A stretch of 63,974 bases of DNA, the filler included, from Porpidia crustulata (Eukaryota), in NCBI GenBank assembly GCA_964255105.1. It is 7 parts of 7 records of this genome, joined end to end, with 100 filler letters (N's around TTAATTAATTAA, not from the genome) between each part and the next. Parts side by side here need not be neighbours in the genome. Positions count along the whole stretch, not along the records: positions 45,798 to 54,838 come from CAXUWE010001005.1; positions 54,939 to 63,974 come from CAXUWE010001006.1; 5 more parts are not named here. One strand, given 5' to 3'. Positions within the stretch are counted from its first letter, which is position 1; every line of letters begins with the position of its first letter. The notes below the pieces were generated by a model. That model was given only the letters and a program-made list of their open reading frames with translations, was not told the DNA's origin and made no database searches. This document shows, one piece after another, positions 52,587 through 63,974 of the stretch. The position numbers were made by a program, and so were the translations under genes.

Positions 52587-54602
52587 ATGTCTGATTTAGA
52601 GGGCGTTACCAAACCTATCAGACCTGGGCGCCTATGGATGACTCGCAGTCGTTCTTCGTTGATATCAGATTCTCCACTTGCTCAAGCTTCCATAGCTAAA
52701 GACCTTGAGGAGGAACCTGACCCGGATCCCGAAAATCCAATTCTAGAGGCCGGTTATTCTGAAGATGAATCCGAATCGGATCTCGAAACATTACATCATG
52801 TTCATAGCGGAAGCTCCCAAATTCACTCCATGGTTGGGTCTTACAGAAGGCCATCCTTTACATCTGCTGGAAACCGAGCTGTGGTAGCAACAGGATTTCG
52901 AGGCTCCCAACGACATCCAACGAAGGGGGAGCGACATGAAGCTCGGAATGAAGAGAGAAGTCTATTGAGGGATAACAATGTCATCCCGCCGAAACACCCT
53001 CAGAGAGGAGAAGGCTTGGAATCGATTGTCCGCCGGCTCAAGAAAAGAGTGTCATCATTAGGGGTACCCGGTGGGGACAGAAAAGTGGTGCGCTCAGACG
53101 AGGAGGAAGCAGCGTATGCAGCTTCAGACGGAGCCAGTCCAGATCTGCCACCTACGGCTCCACTTCTTGGGGACCCCGAATTGCCCTACGGAGGTCAAGA
53201 TTCTGCAGAGAACATCAACAGACGCTGGGAAGAAGCGGTGGCGGCGGGAAGAATACATACAACGTGGCAGCGGGAAGCCAAAGTCTTAGGCCGATACTCT
53301 GGTCCTCTGGTTCTGACATTCCTGCTCCAGTACTCCTTGACAGTCGCTAGTATTTTTACGGTAGGCCATTTGGGAACAGTTGAATTAGGAGCAGTGAGCC
53401 TGGCCAGCATGACAGCAAATATAACCGGGTATGCCATCTACCAAGGTCTGGCCACAAGTCTAGATACCTTGTGCGCACAGGCTTATGGATCTGGTAGAAA
53501 GAAGCTTGTTGGGCTGCAAACGCAGCGCATGGTCTATTTTCTATGGGTTATCACTGTTCCTATTGGCGTCATCTGGTTATGTGCTGAACCTATCTTGATG
53601 GCAATTGTCCCGGAGAAGGATGTTGCCATTCTAGCCGGTCAATACCTGAGGATCATACTTATAGGTGCACCAGGCTATGCATGCTTTGAAAGTGGAAAAC
53701 GATACCTGCAGGCCCAGGGGTTGTTTTCCGCCTCCTTGTATGTCCTCTTGGTTTGCGCGCCACTGAATGCTTTCATGAACTGGCTTTTTGTCTGGTACTT
53801 TAATTGGGGATTCACCGGTGCCCCCATCGCCGTCGCCATAACCGATATCCTCCTCCCCCTCCTCCTCCTCGCCTACGTCCGCTTGGTGGGCGGCCTCGTC
53901 TGCTGGCCCGGCCTCACTCGCCGCGCACTCCACAATTGGGGCCCCATGATCCGCCTCGCCCTCCCCGGCCTCCTAATGGTCGAAGCCGAATGCCTCGCCT
54001 TCGAGATCCTCACCCTCGCCTCCAGCTACTTCAGCACCACCCACCTCGCCGCTCAAAGCGTCCTCTCCACCCTCTCGGCCTTCACCTTCCAGATCCCCTT
54101 CCCCATCAGCATCGCCGCGAGCACGCGCATCGCCAACCTCATCGGCGCCACGCTCGCCGACGCAGCCAAAACCAGCGCCAGAGTCGCGGCCGTCGCCGCG
54201 GCCGTCGTCGGCATCATGAACGTCGTCATCCTCTCCAGCCTCCGCACCTACATCCCCCAGCTCTTTACCTCCGACCCCGACGTCATCGCCCTCGTCGCCA
54301 ACATCCTCCCCATCTGCGCCGCCTTCCAGCTCTTCGACGCCCTGGCCGCCTGCTGCAACGGCATCCTGCGCGGGCTCGGGAGGCAGGTCATCGGCGGCTG
54401 GGTCCAGCTTTTTTGCTACTACGCCGTGGCGATGCCGTTGAGTTTCGGCACGGCGTTCGGGCTCGGGTGGGGCCTGAAGGGACTGTGGACTGGGGTCGCG
54501 GTGGCGCTAGGGTTGGTGGCGGCGATTGAGGCCGTATTTTTGTATCGGACGGATTGGGAGGTCAGTGTCGAGGATGCGAAGGTCCGGAACGCGAATTCTT
54601 AA
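52587..54602 (+). CDS. MATE-family efflux transporter (ERC1-like) with a long acidic N-terminus
   Basis: VGHLGTVELGAVSLASM, LDTLCAQAYG, RLALPG..EC.AFE, STRIANLIGA, GILRGLGRQ. About 12 TM segments; single exon. Confidence 0.92.
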   Translation: MSDLEGVTKPIRPGRLWMTRSRSSLISDSPLAQASIAKDLEEEPDPDPENPILEAGYSEDESESDLETLHHVHSGSSQIHSMVGSYRRPSFTSAGNRAVVATGFRGSQRHPTKGERHEARNEERSLLRDNNVIPPKHPQRGEGLESIVRRLKKRVSSLGVPGGDRKVVRSDEEEAAYAASDGASPDLPPTAPLLGDPELPYGGQDSAENINRRWEEAVAAGRIHTTWQREAKVLGRYSGPLVLTFLLQYSLTVASIFTVGHLGTVELGAVSLASMTANITGYAIYQGLATSLDTLCAQAYGSGRKKLVGLQTQRMVYFLWVITVPIGVIWLCAEPILMAIVPEKDVAILAGQYLRIILIGAPGYACFESGKRYLQAQGLFSASLYVLLVCAPLNAFMNWLFVWYFNWGFTGAPIAVAITDILLPLLLLAYVRLVGGLVCWPGLTRRALHNWGPMIRLALPGLLMVEAECLAFEILTLASSYFSTTHLAAQSVLSTLSAFTFQIPFPISIAASTRIANLIGATLADAAKTSARVAAVAAAVVGIMNVVILSSLRTYIPQLFTSDPDVIALVANILPICAAFQLFDALAACCNGILRGLGRQVIGGWVQLFCYYAVAMPLSFGTAFGLGWGLKGLWTGVAVALGLVAAIEAVFLYRTDWEVSVEDAKVRNANS

Positions 54603-54838
54603 GAAGGGTAGCCGGTGCCAGGCGTTGTTTTTTTTTTTTGCTTGGGTAGCGGGCCTCCACTCATCGGGTTGGATATATAAAAAGTTGCTAAAACGAGTGG
54701 TTGGCGATCTACTATCTAGAACGCATTACATTAGTATTTAATGTTATCTAGACCGCGGCGTGTACCGAAATCCCCGCCCCCTTTCGGCCTCGCAGCTACT
54801 CCTTTCCCTTACCTCTTTACCTACACAAAGTCCCGCAC

Positions 54839-54938
54839 NNNNNNNNNNNNNNNNNNNNNNNNNNNNNNNNNNNNNNNNNNNNTTAATTAATTAANNNNNN
54901 NNNNNNNNNNNNNNNNNNNNNNNNNNNNNNNNNNNNNN
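54839..54938. other. Artificial contig-joining spacer
   Basis: N44-TTAATTAATTAA-N44. Confidence 0.98.
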
Positions 54939-56010
54939 CTTCTAAATCCATGATTCTCAACTAATTTCCAAATCCAAAAATAATACCGTGCTTACTTGCT
55001 TGCTTGACTTATCTTGAGCTTAGGAAAAGCAGGAAAGCTTGGGAGGGGGGGAGTACTGATGATGTATATCTAGATTAAGAAGACCGATTGGGTGGAGTGA
55101 GAAAAGGTAGATAAGTACGGTGAGGGTGTTGTGATTGTTTTTTTGCTTGCTTTCTGAGCTGATGATGGATTAATGGATCACGCTGCTAGCGCTTCTGTTT
55201 TTATCTATCTAGAGTTCCATTGGGCCCCCCTTTCTCGTCAGACTCCCATCCCTTCCGTCCTCCTCGTTCTCGTTCTCTCTTCCCGCCCGGGTTCTCCCTT
55301 TAATCCCTGCATTCATTCCTACTGTTCTAACCCCTTGAACAATCAACAAACAAAGTAGCAGACCAACTAGCAAACCACCAACACCCTTCCTACCCGCATC
55401 AGTCCCCTGCAAGCAAAGCATCATCAACCTGCAACCCGCAGACCAGACAACTAAAACTAAACCTAAACCCAGGATCACCGCGTGCCCCAGTTCATGGACT
55501 TCAGCGATCTTGTATGCCACGATGTGGAGATCACATCGATTCGAGATATGACTGCGATGTCGCTGGCCTTGCATACATAGACCCCTTTTTCCGGAGACAT
55601 TGTGTTCGGTCCTAGTGGTATCCGTCTTGGGCAAGAGGGTGCGTGGACCATTCTATATTTCCATTCACATTAGCGAGGTACGGCAGTATTATCTAGCTAC
55701 GCAGTCAGCTTCGTTAGCTGTTATGGTTAGAAGGAGATTAGACTTCCATGAGGATGTTGTGCTTGGGGGGGAGTTACACGTTTTAGGACCGCTGGGAAAA
55801 GTATCAGTGTTGGAAAGATTCAGCGCTTGCTTGGAAGAATCATGATTGGATATGCTATACAGTTCAATATCGCTATAGGGGGTATTTATATCCGCAGACT
55901 CCTTTAAGAAACACGAGCTTCCGTGGCTGTAACCCCATCATAACCATACACCATAAGGAGTCATACCGGTCCCAAAACACCACACATCGCGGACCCTAAT
56001 CATTTTCGAT

Positions 56011-58787
56011 TCACACATCCCCTCTCCCCTTCCTCCTCTCCCTCGCCAGCTCCTCGCGCAAACTCCGGTTCTCCCTCTCCAACCTCACCGTCGCTTCTGC
56101 GAGCTCTACGACCTTCTTCTCCACCCATTTCCTCTGCTTTTCAAATCTGGCATCTGTCTTATCTCCGAGGGCCGTGATTTCGGAACGAAAAGATTTGAGC
56201 GCCGAATCATGGTCGTGGAGGCATAGGCAGTGGGTTTGTTCGGGAGCAAATTTCTCTGGAGGTTCAGGCTGGAGAGACTTCGCCTGGGAAGGAGGAGGCC
56301 GGGCATTGTGGCTTGCTTCACCGAGGGGGACCGTAGCAACGGGGAAGGCCCCGGGAATGCTAGGAGGAAGCTGAGATATTACTGGTGGCGTTGCTGTCTC
56401 CGACACTTGTAGTTTCCCAACTAGCTTGAGCACGGGCGGATCCTCTCGAATATAGAAAGCTTTCGGAGGTCGCTTGAATGAGCTCCATTGGACAGTGGTA
56501 TCATCTGTCTCCGTCGACTGAGTCAAGCTAACGTGACCTTTCTTTCCTCTCTTCTTTCCATTGTGAGGGACAGTAGGGACAGGTGCCTCTGAGCGCAAGG
56601 ATGGAGCGGGTTGAAGGCTGGTACCCGCAGACCATGTGACTATGGTATCACTAGAGGCTTCTGAAGGAAACAAATGTGCAGTCCTATAGCTTCTTGTGGT
56701 GGCTGGTGAGGGTTCTAAAGAGTTTTCGCGTTTGGGTAGGGGAGGTTCGGCAATTATATCCATCCACAGATCTTCGGAAGGCTCTTCAGTTTTATTAGAA
56801 TCTTCAGGCATTGTTGCGTTTGAGGAAGCCCCTATATGTGGCTTTTGGGGCTCGACAAGCAAATTCTTCTTCGTGTATGGAGGAAAAAGCCTTGGACCTT
56901 TGATGGGCTGATTAGGCTTTTCGGCCGTACCTTGCAAATTATCGAGCACCCTAAGATCTGCCGTATCCTTGGTGGCAAGACGAGCTGTCGCTGCACGCCT
57001 TGCAGCTAACTGACCGCCTTTCCGAGGAGTGGGTCTTTGCGGCACCACCGGGTGTGAATGTGCCTTGGCTGAACTGGTTCGAGAAGAGGAAGTAAGCCGT
57101 CTCCGTAAGTGAGCATCCTCCAAGAGCTTTTCGGCCGGTTCAGTGTTCTGGAGTGGTTGGAATCTCTGTGATGCACCTCTAGTTTTCCTTTCTTTCTTAG
57201 CAGAGCTTTCTCGGCTGATAGCGTCTGTGCCAAGCACAGGCTTCATCGGTGGAAAAAGATCTAGGTGGTTCAAGGCGGGGTCGGTTGGAAGGACTATATG
57301 ATTACGGGCTGGAATGTCATTCTGAGATATCGATGAACCGAATGAGATATTCGGACGCCGAGGTTCTGAATCCTCAGTGACATTGACTACTTCTTCAGAA
57401 ACAGGACGACCACCAGTAAGTAGCGAGCCAAGACTCTTGCGCTTCGAGTGACGTACAGATACCAATGGCAAAGCCCGTCCGGACTTCCTTCGTCTAGATG
57501 TAGTTGAGCATTGTTCACTTGTGCCGTCACCGGTCAGCCATTCCATGTCGATGATACGTGTACCACTAGAATCGATGGAATGCTCTCCTCGAAGATTACC
57601 GGCAAGATCGAATAGAACTACTTTCCCATCTTGACGCCCAATAGCAACAAGAAGCCTTTCATCAGCTATCGACTGACTTCTGGATCGAGCGGAACCATCT
57701 ACTTGGGAACTCCCACTTTGGGATCCACCAATAGATGAGAGGATTGCGAGACTGGTAGCTGGTGCGCGAATATGCCAAGTATTTACAAGGCGGGCTCCCC
57801 TTTTCGCAAAGTCAACAATACAGCATTTTCCATCTGCTCCTACCGTAATCACTGTATCTTTGAAGCCAGAAACGAAAGCTGCAGCGGTGATCCCCAGGCC
57901 TTTGTAGCCAATACCAATCGTTCTGCCACTGTTTTCAAGCGAATGTTCATTCTCTGATATCCAAGTCCCCACAGCGTGCAGGCGCTTGATCGAGGCAATC
58001 TCTCCACCGGCACCGGTCCCAGCTAGTCCTGACTTCCGCTCGCTGGTGCCCTTGTCATGAAAAAGCTGTACGGCATCGTAGACTGCAGCTGAGCCGTCGG
58101 CAAAGGCTAAGACAAACACATTTGGTCTCTCTGGGTGAAAGTTTGCAGCAACCACAATAGACGAGGAACACTGGGGTCGTATCGATATAGGACGGGTGCC
58201 AAGTGTCAAGTTCGTCAGGTATATAAGTGGTGGAGATTCTGAAGCAGAGAGCAACAGATGTGAAGTAGGGGAAAGGGAAAACACCGTAGGAGGTGATGGA
58301 TGAGGCTGCGAGGGATCAAGCAAACGGGACTGATTCAGCGAATACGACTGTACAGCGTTTTGGAGGGTGGTAGTGAAGAAGAGATTCTTCGCATCTCCAC
58401 CATATTTTAGCAGGTGTACTTGACCCTACAATCATGAGTATATTCCGCAAGCACAGTCAACTATGATTCACATACATCTGAACCTTTAAGCCTATAGCTT
58501 CGCTGCATACCTTTATTGACATCATGCAGAACAACCACTTGGCTGTCAGCAATGGCAAGGAGGCCACTACCGTCGATAGCCTTCTTCGCGGCGACGATGC
58601 CTTCGGATCCAGACCTAAAGATCTCCTTGACACCATGGCTGCCCCAAGCAAAGACACCTTTCGCTGTGGTAATGATCAAGTGGTGGGATCTAGGAAATGT
58701 AGACGAAGCCTGACTAGATCCATCCCAGGATAATGATTTGCGCCGTGGTGGTACGGCAGGACCAAAGACCTTAGTAGGCTTTGCCAT
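56011..58787 (-). CDS. WD40-repeat protein with a disordered linker and C-terminal coiled coil (NEDD1/GCP-WD-like architecture)
   Basis: Exon 1 to ..YRLKGSD, one intron, propeller blades (FHPERPNVFVLAFADGS..YD, ITVGADGKCCIVDF, AIGRQDGKVVLFD), C-terminus FRSEI...RLERENRSLREEL. Confidence 0.75.
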
Positions 58788-59047
58788 GCTTGTGGTAATA
58801 TTGTTGATACAGCACCACATCCATCATCGCTGCACATCTTTTAGTGGTTGTTGTAAACAGAGTAGGTAAACAAGTCTTGGCTAGCTAGAACAGAGGAGGC
58901 TAGCCAATACGCCATACTAAAGGCACCGTGAGCATCAGGCCGTCCCGTACATCAATCAATGAAAGCCGAAAAGTCTCAGAAGACAAATTGGCGTGGGTGG
59001 TCGATCATAGCACCTAGATAATACAAACACTGTCCATCAACGCCTTG

Positions 59048-59689
59048 ATGTCATCCCTACCGCGTATCGAAGCTGCAAATACTCTTTCGCTCCAAGAGTA
59101 CGAGGACCAGTTCCTCCTTGGGAATGGATTGCCCAGTCCCGTAGACTATGGGAAAGAACTGTTCAACTATTACTACACTCTTGCACTAGAATCTCCCTCA
59201 ACCATCTCTCGTCACGCGTTCGAAGCATGTTTTGATCTTCTATTCGCTACAAGCTACGGTGCATACTCAAGATCTAGTCAAGGCTGGTCATCAACAAAAA
59301 AGCAGAAGGAGATGCGTCTTCCTGATCTCCGATATCTTTTGATCAAGCCCTCGAAAACGATGTCAGATCAGGATATTAGGGGATTCATTTCGTTCATGTT
59401 GACCTACGAGGATGGTCATGAGGTCATATACTGCTACGAGATACATCTTGATGTCAAGCTTCAAGGATACGGTGTAGGGACATATCTTATAGGGTTGATG
59501 GAACACGCTGGGAGAAGAGCAGGAGTTGAAAAAGCAATGCTCACGGTCTTTGTTGAAAACAAAACAGCACTAGCATTTTACCAGAAGCTGGGGTATAGCA
59601 AAGATGATTATTCCCCTGAACCTAGGAGGCTGAGGAATAGGGTCGTCAAAAAGCCAGATTATGTCATTCTCTCCAAGTTGCTCAATTGA
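59048..59689 (+). CDS. NAT4: N-alpha-acetyltransferase 40 (Nat4/NatD, GNAT)
   Basis: GWSSTKKQKEM, GFISFMLTYEDG.EVIYCYEIHL, QGYGVG, MLTVF..N..ALAFY.KLGY..DDYSP. Confidence 0.82.
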   Translation: MSSLPRIEAANTLSLQEYEDQFLLGNGLPSPVDYGKELFNYYYTLALESPSTISRHAFEACFDLLFATSYGAYSRSSQGWSSTKKQKEMRLPDLRYLLIKPSKTMSDQDIRGFISFMLTYEDGHEVIYCYEIHLDVKLQGYGVGTYLIGLMEHAGRRAGVEKAMLTVFVENKTALAFYQKLGYSKDDYSPEPRRLRNRVVKKPDYVILSKLLN

Positions 59690-59753
59690 TAGACTGGTTA
59701 TATCAATGTAATCGTAGCTTAGATGGCTAGAGCCTGGGGCTTGATCTGGTATG

Positions 59754-61286
59754 TCATATCTGCCTAACGTCTTTACCCTTCATCTCCGGTCTCTCAACCT
59801 CCCATTCGTCCCTCAAGACTGCAAACAACGAGTCTGCTACCACCACCGAGAGTCCCAGACACCATACCAGAGTGATGGCATAGAAAAAATTGGCGTTACC
59901 TGAACCAGCGTATACCCATAAGTAGTAAAAGGCAGGGCCTAAAAGCGTGGCATATAGAATTGTCGCCATAGCGAAGAAAGTGTATCTCATTACTATTAGA
60001 AGGTCGTGTCAGTATAGGGAGATCCTAGGCGGGAATCTTCGGAAAAGAGAGCCTACACGGAAAGATGTGTCTGTACAACGGAAGAAGAGCCAGGTACAGC
60101 GATGTGTCAGATATACTTGGATAGGGCTTGAAGATAGCAAAGATCCCAAGCAAGGTTGTAATAACAAACAACGGCTGGGTGCGGATTCGGATTGATAGGC
60201 CACCAACATAACCTCCGAGGTGCAACCAAAATACCCCAAGAAAGAATTCACGGAAGGAATCAAACATCTCAATGAAGAAATACCACCAAAGCCCCACATT
60301 TGGTGTCAAGTCTGGTAATAAGAGATGAACACCATAGGTGGACGACAGAAATTTCCAGGATCCACCAGTGAGGAGGTACGATACATATAAAAACCATGTT
60401 ACACTTGCAGAGAATATGGCAACGTGGACAGTGGCGAACGAAGCCAAGTTCAAAGCTGGCTTTTCCTCTCTATGGAGTCGGTCGTAGCAAAGGAGCATCA
60501 AAGGTGGGAGCAGCAGTGTAGGGTAGAGTGAGAGGTATGAAGCTAACGCCAGGGCGAGCATCGAGTTCACGGGCTTCCCCGTGACAGCTTTAGCGACCGC
60601 ATGTAACACAGCGCAGTTGGTGAACACACTTGTCGGTCGGCCGAGACAAGCTGCTATGGTAAGAGGGTTGAAAAGATATCTGGGACAACGATTAAACTGG
60701 GCTTCAAGACTACTCTCGCAGAGAAGACGTATCACTCACGCTGCGCCGATGGCAATACTATCCCATATCATACCCTTACGGGGAGAAGTGTATAGACGTG
60801 GAGAACCAGACTCGCCAGAAGCCGCTATCTGCATGAGCGCATTTGCGCCGAGAAGATCAAGGAAGATATAGAGGATGCTCGTGAAGAGGGAGAATGTAGC
60901 TGAAGGAAACAAGGAGAATAGGGATAATAATAGCGGTGCCTGTAGAACAAACATTAGCTTCGATGCCCATTTGAGAACCCATTTTCTCATTCTGGAAGAT
61001 ATCCTGACCTGGAAAAAGACCCCCCCATCGTACGGAGAGACTTTACGTGTGTAGAGGAAAAGACCTTCTTGGACTACCACATGTTATGTACCTCAGTATA
61101 ATGGACACCAGCTATTGTAGTAGACTCCGCAAGAACGCACGTACGTCTCTTGAAACTTGTGACAGGAGTTGATATCTCGACGCGCCCAGTCAGAAGCGTA
61201 GGCAGCGAAGGAAAACAAATCAATATAAAAAGTCTCAATCCGGCTGCAGCTCCGAAAAGTAGAGGTTTTCGACGGTCAACAGCCAT
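59754..61286 (-). CDS. GAB1: GPI transamidase subunit PIG-U
   Basis: RVEISTPVTSFKR|.QEGLFLY...PYDGGVFFQ|APLLL, YLFNPLTI, DLTPNVGLWWYFFIEMFDSF, FKPYPSISD, GSGNANFFYAITL. Four introns. Confidence 0.93.
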
Positions 61287-61480
61287 TGTGCTGTGCTTCG
61301 AACAACTCATTGAGTATATTGTCGGCGCCGCCTTCAACAGCCTACCCCTGTGTCCCCTACCCCTGGTCAGCCCCACAAGGCCAGAAGCTAGCGCGAACTT
61401 TTTGGCGAATTTCGAATCCCACGCCAATGCGCCAGCACCAGACTCGTTTTGCCTATCTCGAGCGAGGACATTTTTAGGTC

Positions 61481-63726
61481 ATGGGTAAAATCAAAAAGAA
61501 GGGTAAGCGATCTCGTCAGTCTCTGAGCGCAACGCTGACTGTCTCCAGGTGCCTCTGGCCAGGCCAAAAATTTCATCACGAGAACTCAAGCGGTTCGCAA
61601 ACTTCAGATAACTCTGCCCGATTTTCGAAGGCTTTGTATATTCAAAGGTATTGAGACCTGATCGCCAATGTCGCTCGTGCTGACAGTTTCCTTTAGGCAT
61701 CTATCCTCGAGAGCCAAGAAATAAGAAGAAAGCTTCAAAATCCTCCACCCCGTCTACTACTTTCTACTATACCAAAGACATTCAATACCTTCTACATGAA
61801 CCTCTCCTCAACAAATTCAGAGATCATAAAGCGCTAGCAAAAAAGATTGCGAAATCTTTAGGTAGAGGTGAAGTCGGAGACGCTGCTAGATTAGAGAAAA
61901 CGGGATCTCCTAAGATTTCTCTGGATCATATAATCAAGGAGCGATATCCAACGTTTGTCGACGCTCTCAGAGATCTTGATGATGCACTATCGCTACTATT
62001 TCTCTTTGCGAACCTTCCATCTACGTCCACGGTGCCCTTTAAGACCGTTGCTCTTTGCCAGCGACTTTGTCTCGAATTTGAACATTATCTGATCAGTACA
62101 AACTCGCTTCGGAAGTCTTTCCTCTCAATTAAAGGCATATACTACCAGGCCACAATAAATGGCCAGGATGTCCTCTGGCTCGTCCCCTATAAATTTGTTC
62201 AGCGAGTGACGGGGGATGTGGACTTCAGGATCATGGGTACCTTTGTGGAGTTCTACACCACGCTGTTAGGCTTCGTCAATTTTCGACTGTATACCTCGAT
62301 CGGTCTCATATATCCTCCTCAATTTGACTCAAAGAGCGACGAGCAAGGCGCAGAATTGGGTGCCTTCACACTAAAGGGGAAAAGTATTGAAGCTCCTAGC
62401 CGAATAGAAGCTTCTGTCAATGGTGAATCAGAAGGAATGCTAGGATTAGATAAAGATATACAAATAAAAGTTGATGCAATCGGCGCGACTCAAGATTCGG
62501 AAGATGGTCCTGAGCAAGAATCTAAAGAATTATTAGTAGAAGAAGTTAACGACCGAATTGATGTTTTTGAAACAACGGGGGAAGGTGCAGATATCCTACC
62601 ACAACCACAGATGAGTGGTGTGGAGGCATCTACTCTCTTCGCTCCATTCTCCTTTTTTCTTTCTCGAGAAACACCCCGACAGCCACTCGAATTTATCCTT
62701 CGCGCCTTCGGTTGTAAGCGAGTAAGTTGGGACGCTGTACTTGGCGACGGTGCTTTTACGAACAACGAATACGATACGTCAATAACGCATCAAGTGATCG
62801 ACCGCCCTCCATTGCCAGAGTCGAGTCTTCCAGAGGTTATAAGCGGTGGAGAGGACTCGCCCTTTCCTAATACAGCACGTCCGGGCGGCAGAGTACCTGG
62901 CCGGACATATATTCAGCCGCAGTGGGTATGGGACTGTATCAACGAAGGAAAGCTCCTCAGACCGGACCTTTACGGTCCTGGTGCCACTCTACCTCCACAT
63001 CTCAGCCCATGGGTTAAGCCTACAAAAGGCGCCTATGATCCGACGGCGCCATTAGCGGAACAGGAAAGAGAAGGTGAGGCAGAGGAGGCAGAAGGTCTGG
63101 AGGATCTCGAGGACAGCGAAGATCATGGGGACAACCAAAACTTCAGGGATAGCGATGATGTCGAGGACGAGGAATACCTGCAAGTTCCGGGTATCCATCC
63201 TCGTGGCGAAAGTACATTCATAAGCGAGAAAGAGGTATCTGCGTTCTTCAAAGCCCCGGACGAAAACGACATGGATGTTGCCGTCAGCAACGAAGACTCG
63301 TCTGATCCCGAATCCCATTCCATAGAGGTTGGGCTGAACAATGACTCAGACTTCGGCGGCTTCTCCTCTCAATCCGAGTCCGATCCCGAGACCGCCGCTC
63401 AAACCCAGCACCAACGTGAACTCGAAGCCGAAGCCGCTGGCTTCACACTTTCCGAATCCACCGCCGCCACAAAAGCCAACGGCGAACTCGTCAAGGGTAT
63501 CCTGAAGTCTCGACCGCCGATGGGTAAGGGGGAAGAGGCGAGAAAAAGGGCGAGTAAGAAGAGGAAGGAGGAGGAAGAGGAGCTGGAGAGGAGGAAAATG
63601 ATGATGGGGAGAAAGAAGAGGAAGGTGTTGGATAAGATGCTATACAGTAATCGGAAGAAGGAAGGAGAGGCAGAGGTACTGAGGGGGAAGAGGAGGAAGA
63701 TTGAGAGAGAAGGGGCGAGGGTGTAG
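61481..63726 (+). CDS. NOP7: Pescadillo homolog (PeBoW complex, BRCT domain)
   Basis: [81 protein letters not shown], basic C-terminus. Confidence 0.96.
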
Positions 63727-63974
63727 TGTAACCAATCCAGAGAATTGCGGCCAACATTATTAGAATTCGATGAGCCAATCCTAGCAAACCGCCATGCCTG
63801 ACGGAGCTGTTCCGCAGAAGCTAATAAGACTAGTCGGTGAACCAGAAGTATTTGAGGGTGTAGTGCCATTATCAAAAACTGCGGAAATGCCCTAGAAATA
63901 CTAATCTAGAACTGCATCCATGAACGCCATTACCATGTCCGTGGACTATTACAATGGCCATCCACCTGGTGTAG

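Noticed and set aside
53804..54529. 241-aa Arg/Pro/His-rich alternative-frame ORF in the MATE gene
   Set aside because: By-product of extreme third-position C bias removing stop codons.

Overview
Eukaryotic DNA from a filamentous ascomycete (Pezizomycotina; short GT-AG introns with CTRAC/CTAAT branch points). The window is not one locus. It is seven ~9.04-9.07 kb contigs in decreasing size order, joined by an artificial N44-TTAATTAATTAA-N44 spacer, so gene neighbourhoods are meaningful only within a contig. About 25 intron-containing genes were reconstructed by hand. Most are housekeeping genes (cysD/MET17, kinesin-8, NOP7, NUG1, PIG-U, NAA40, peroxisomal Lon, PMP47-type carrier, acyl-CoA synthetase, S10 carboxypeptidase, MATE transporter, Htf1/Hbx1-like homeobox). 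There is also an apparently intact fungal NLR (SesA/HeLo-like-NACHT-ankyrin), an SprT-like HExxH protein and an SDR with an in-frame stop. The most interesting signals are three proteins resembling factors not, to my knowledge, characterised in ascomycetes: a PGAP4/TMEM246-like split GT-A glycosyltransferase, an Elongin-B-like ubiquitin-fold protein and a NEDD1/GCP-WD-like WD40-coiled-coil protein. Other notable signals are a peroxisomal gene set with spliced-in PTS1 signals and FarA-type CCGAGG sites, a perfect CYS-3/MetR site upstream of cysD, and abrupt C-rich-to-G-rich compositional islands inside gene 3' ends. No rRNA, tRNA, CRISPR array or intact transposon was seen. All homology calls come from recalled motifs, not database searches.
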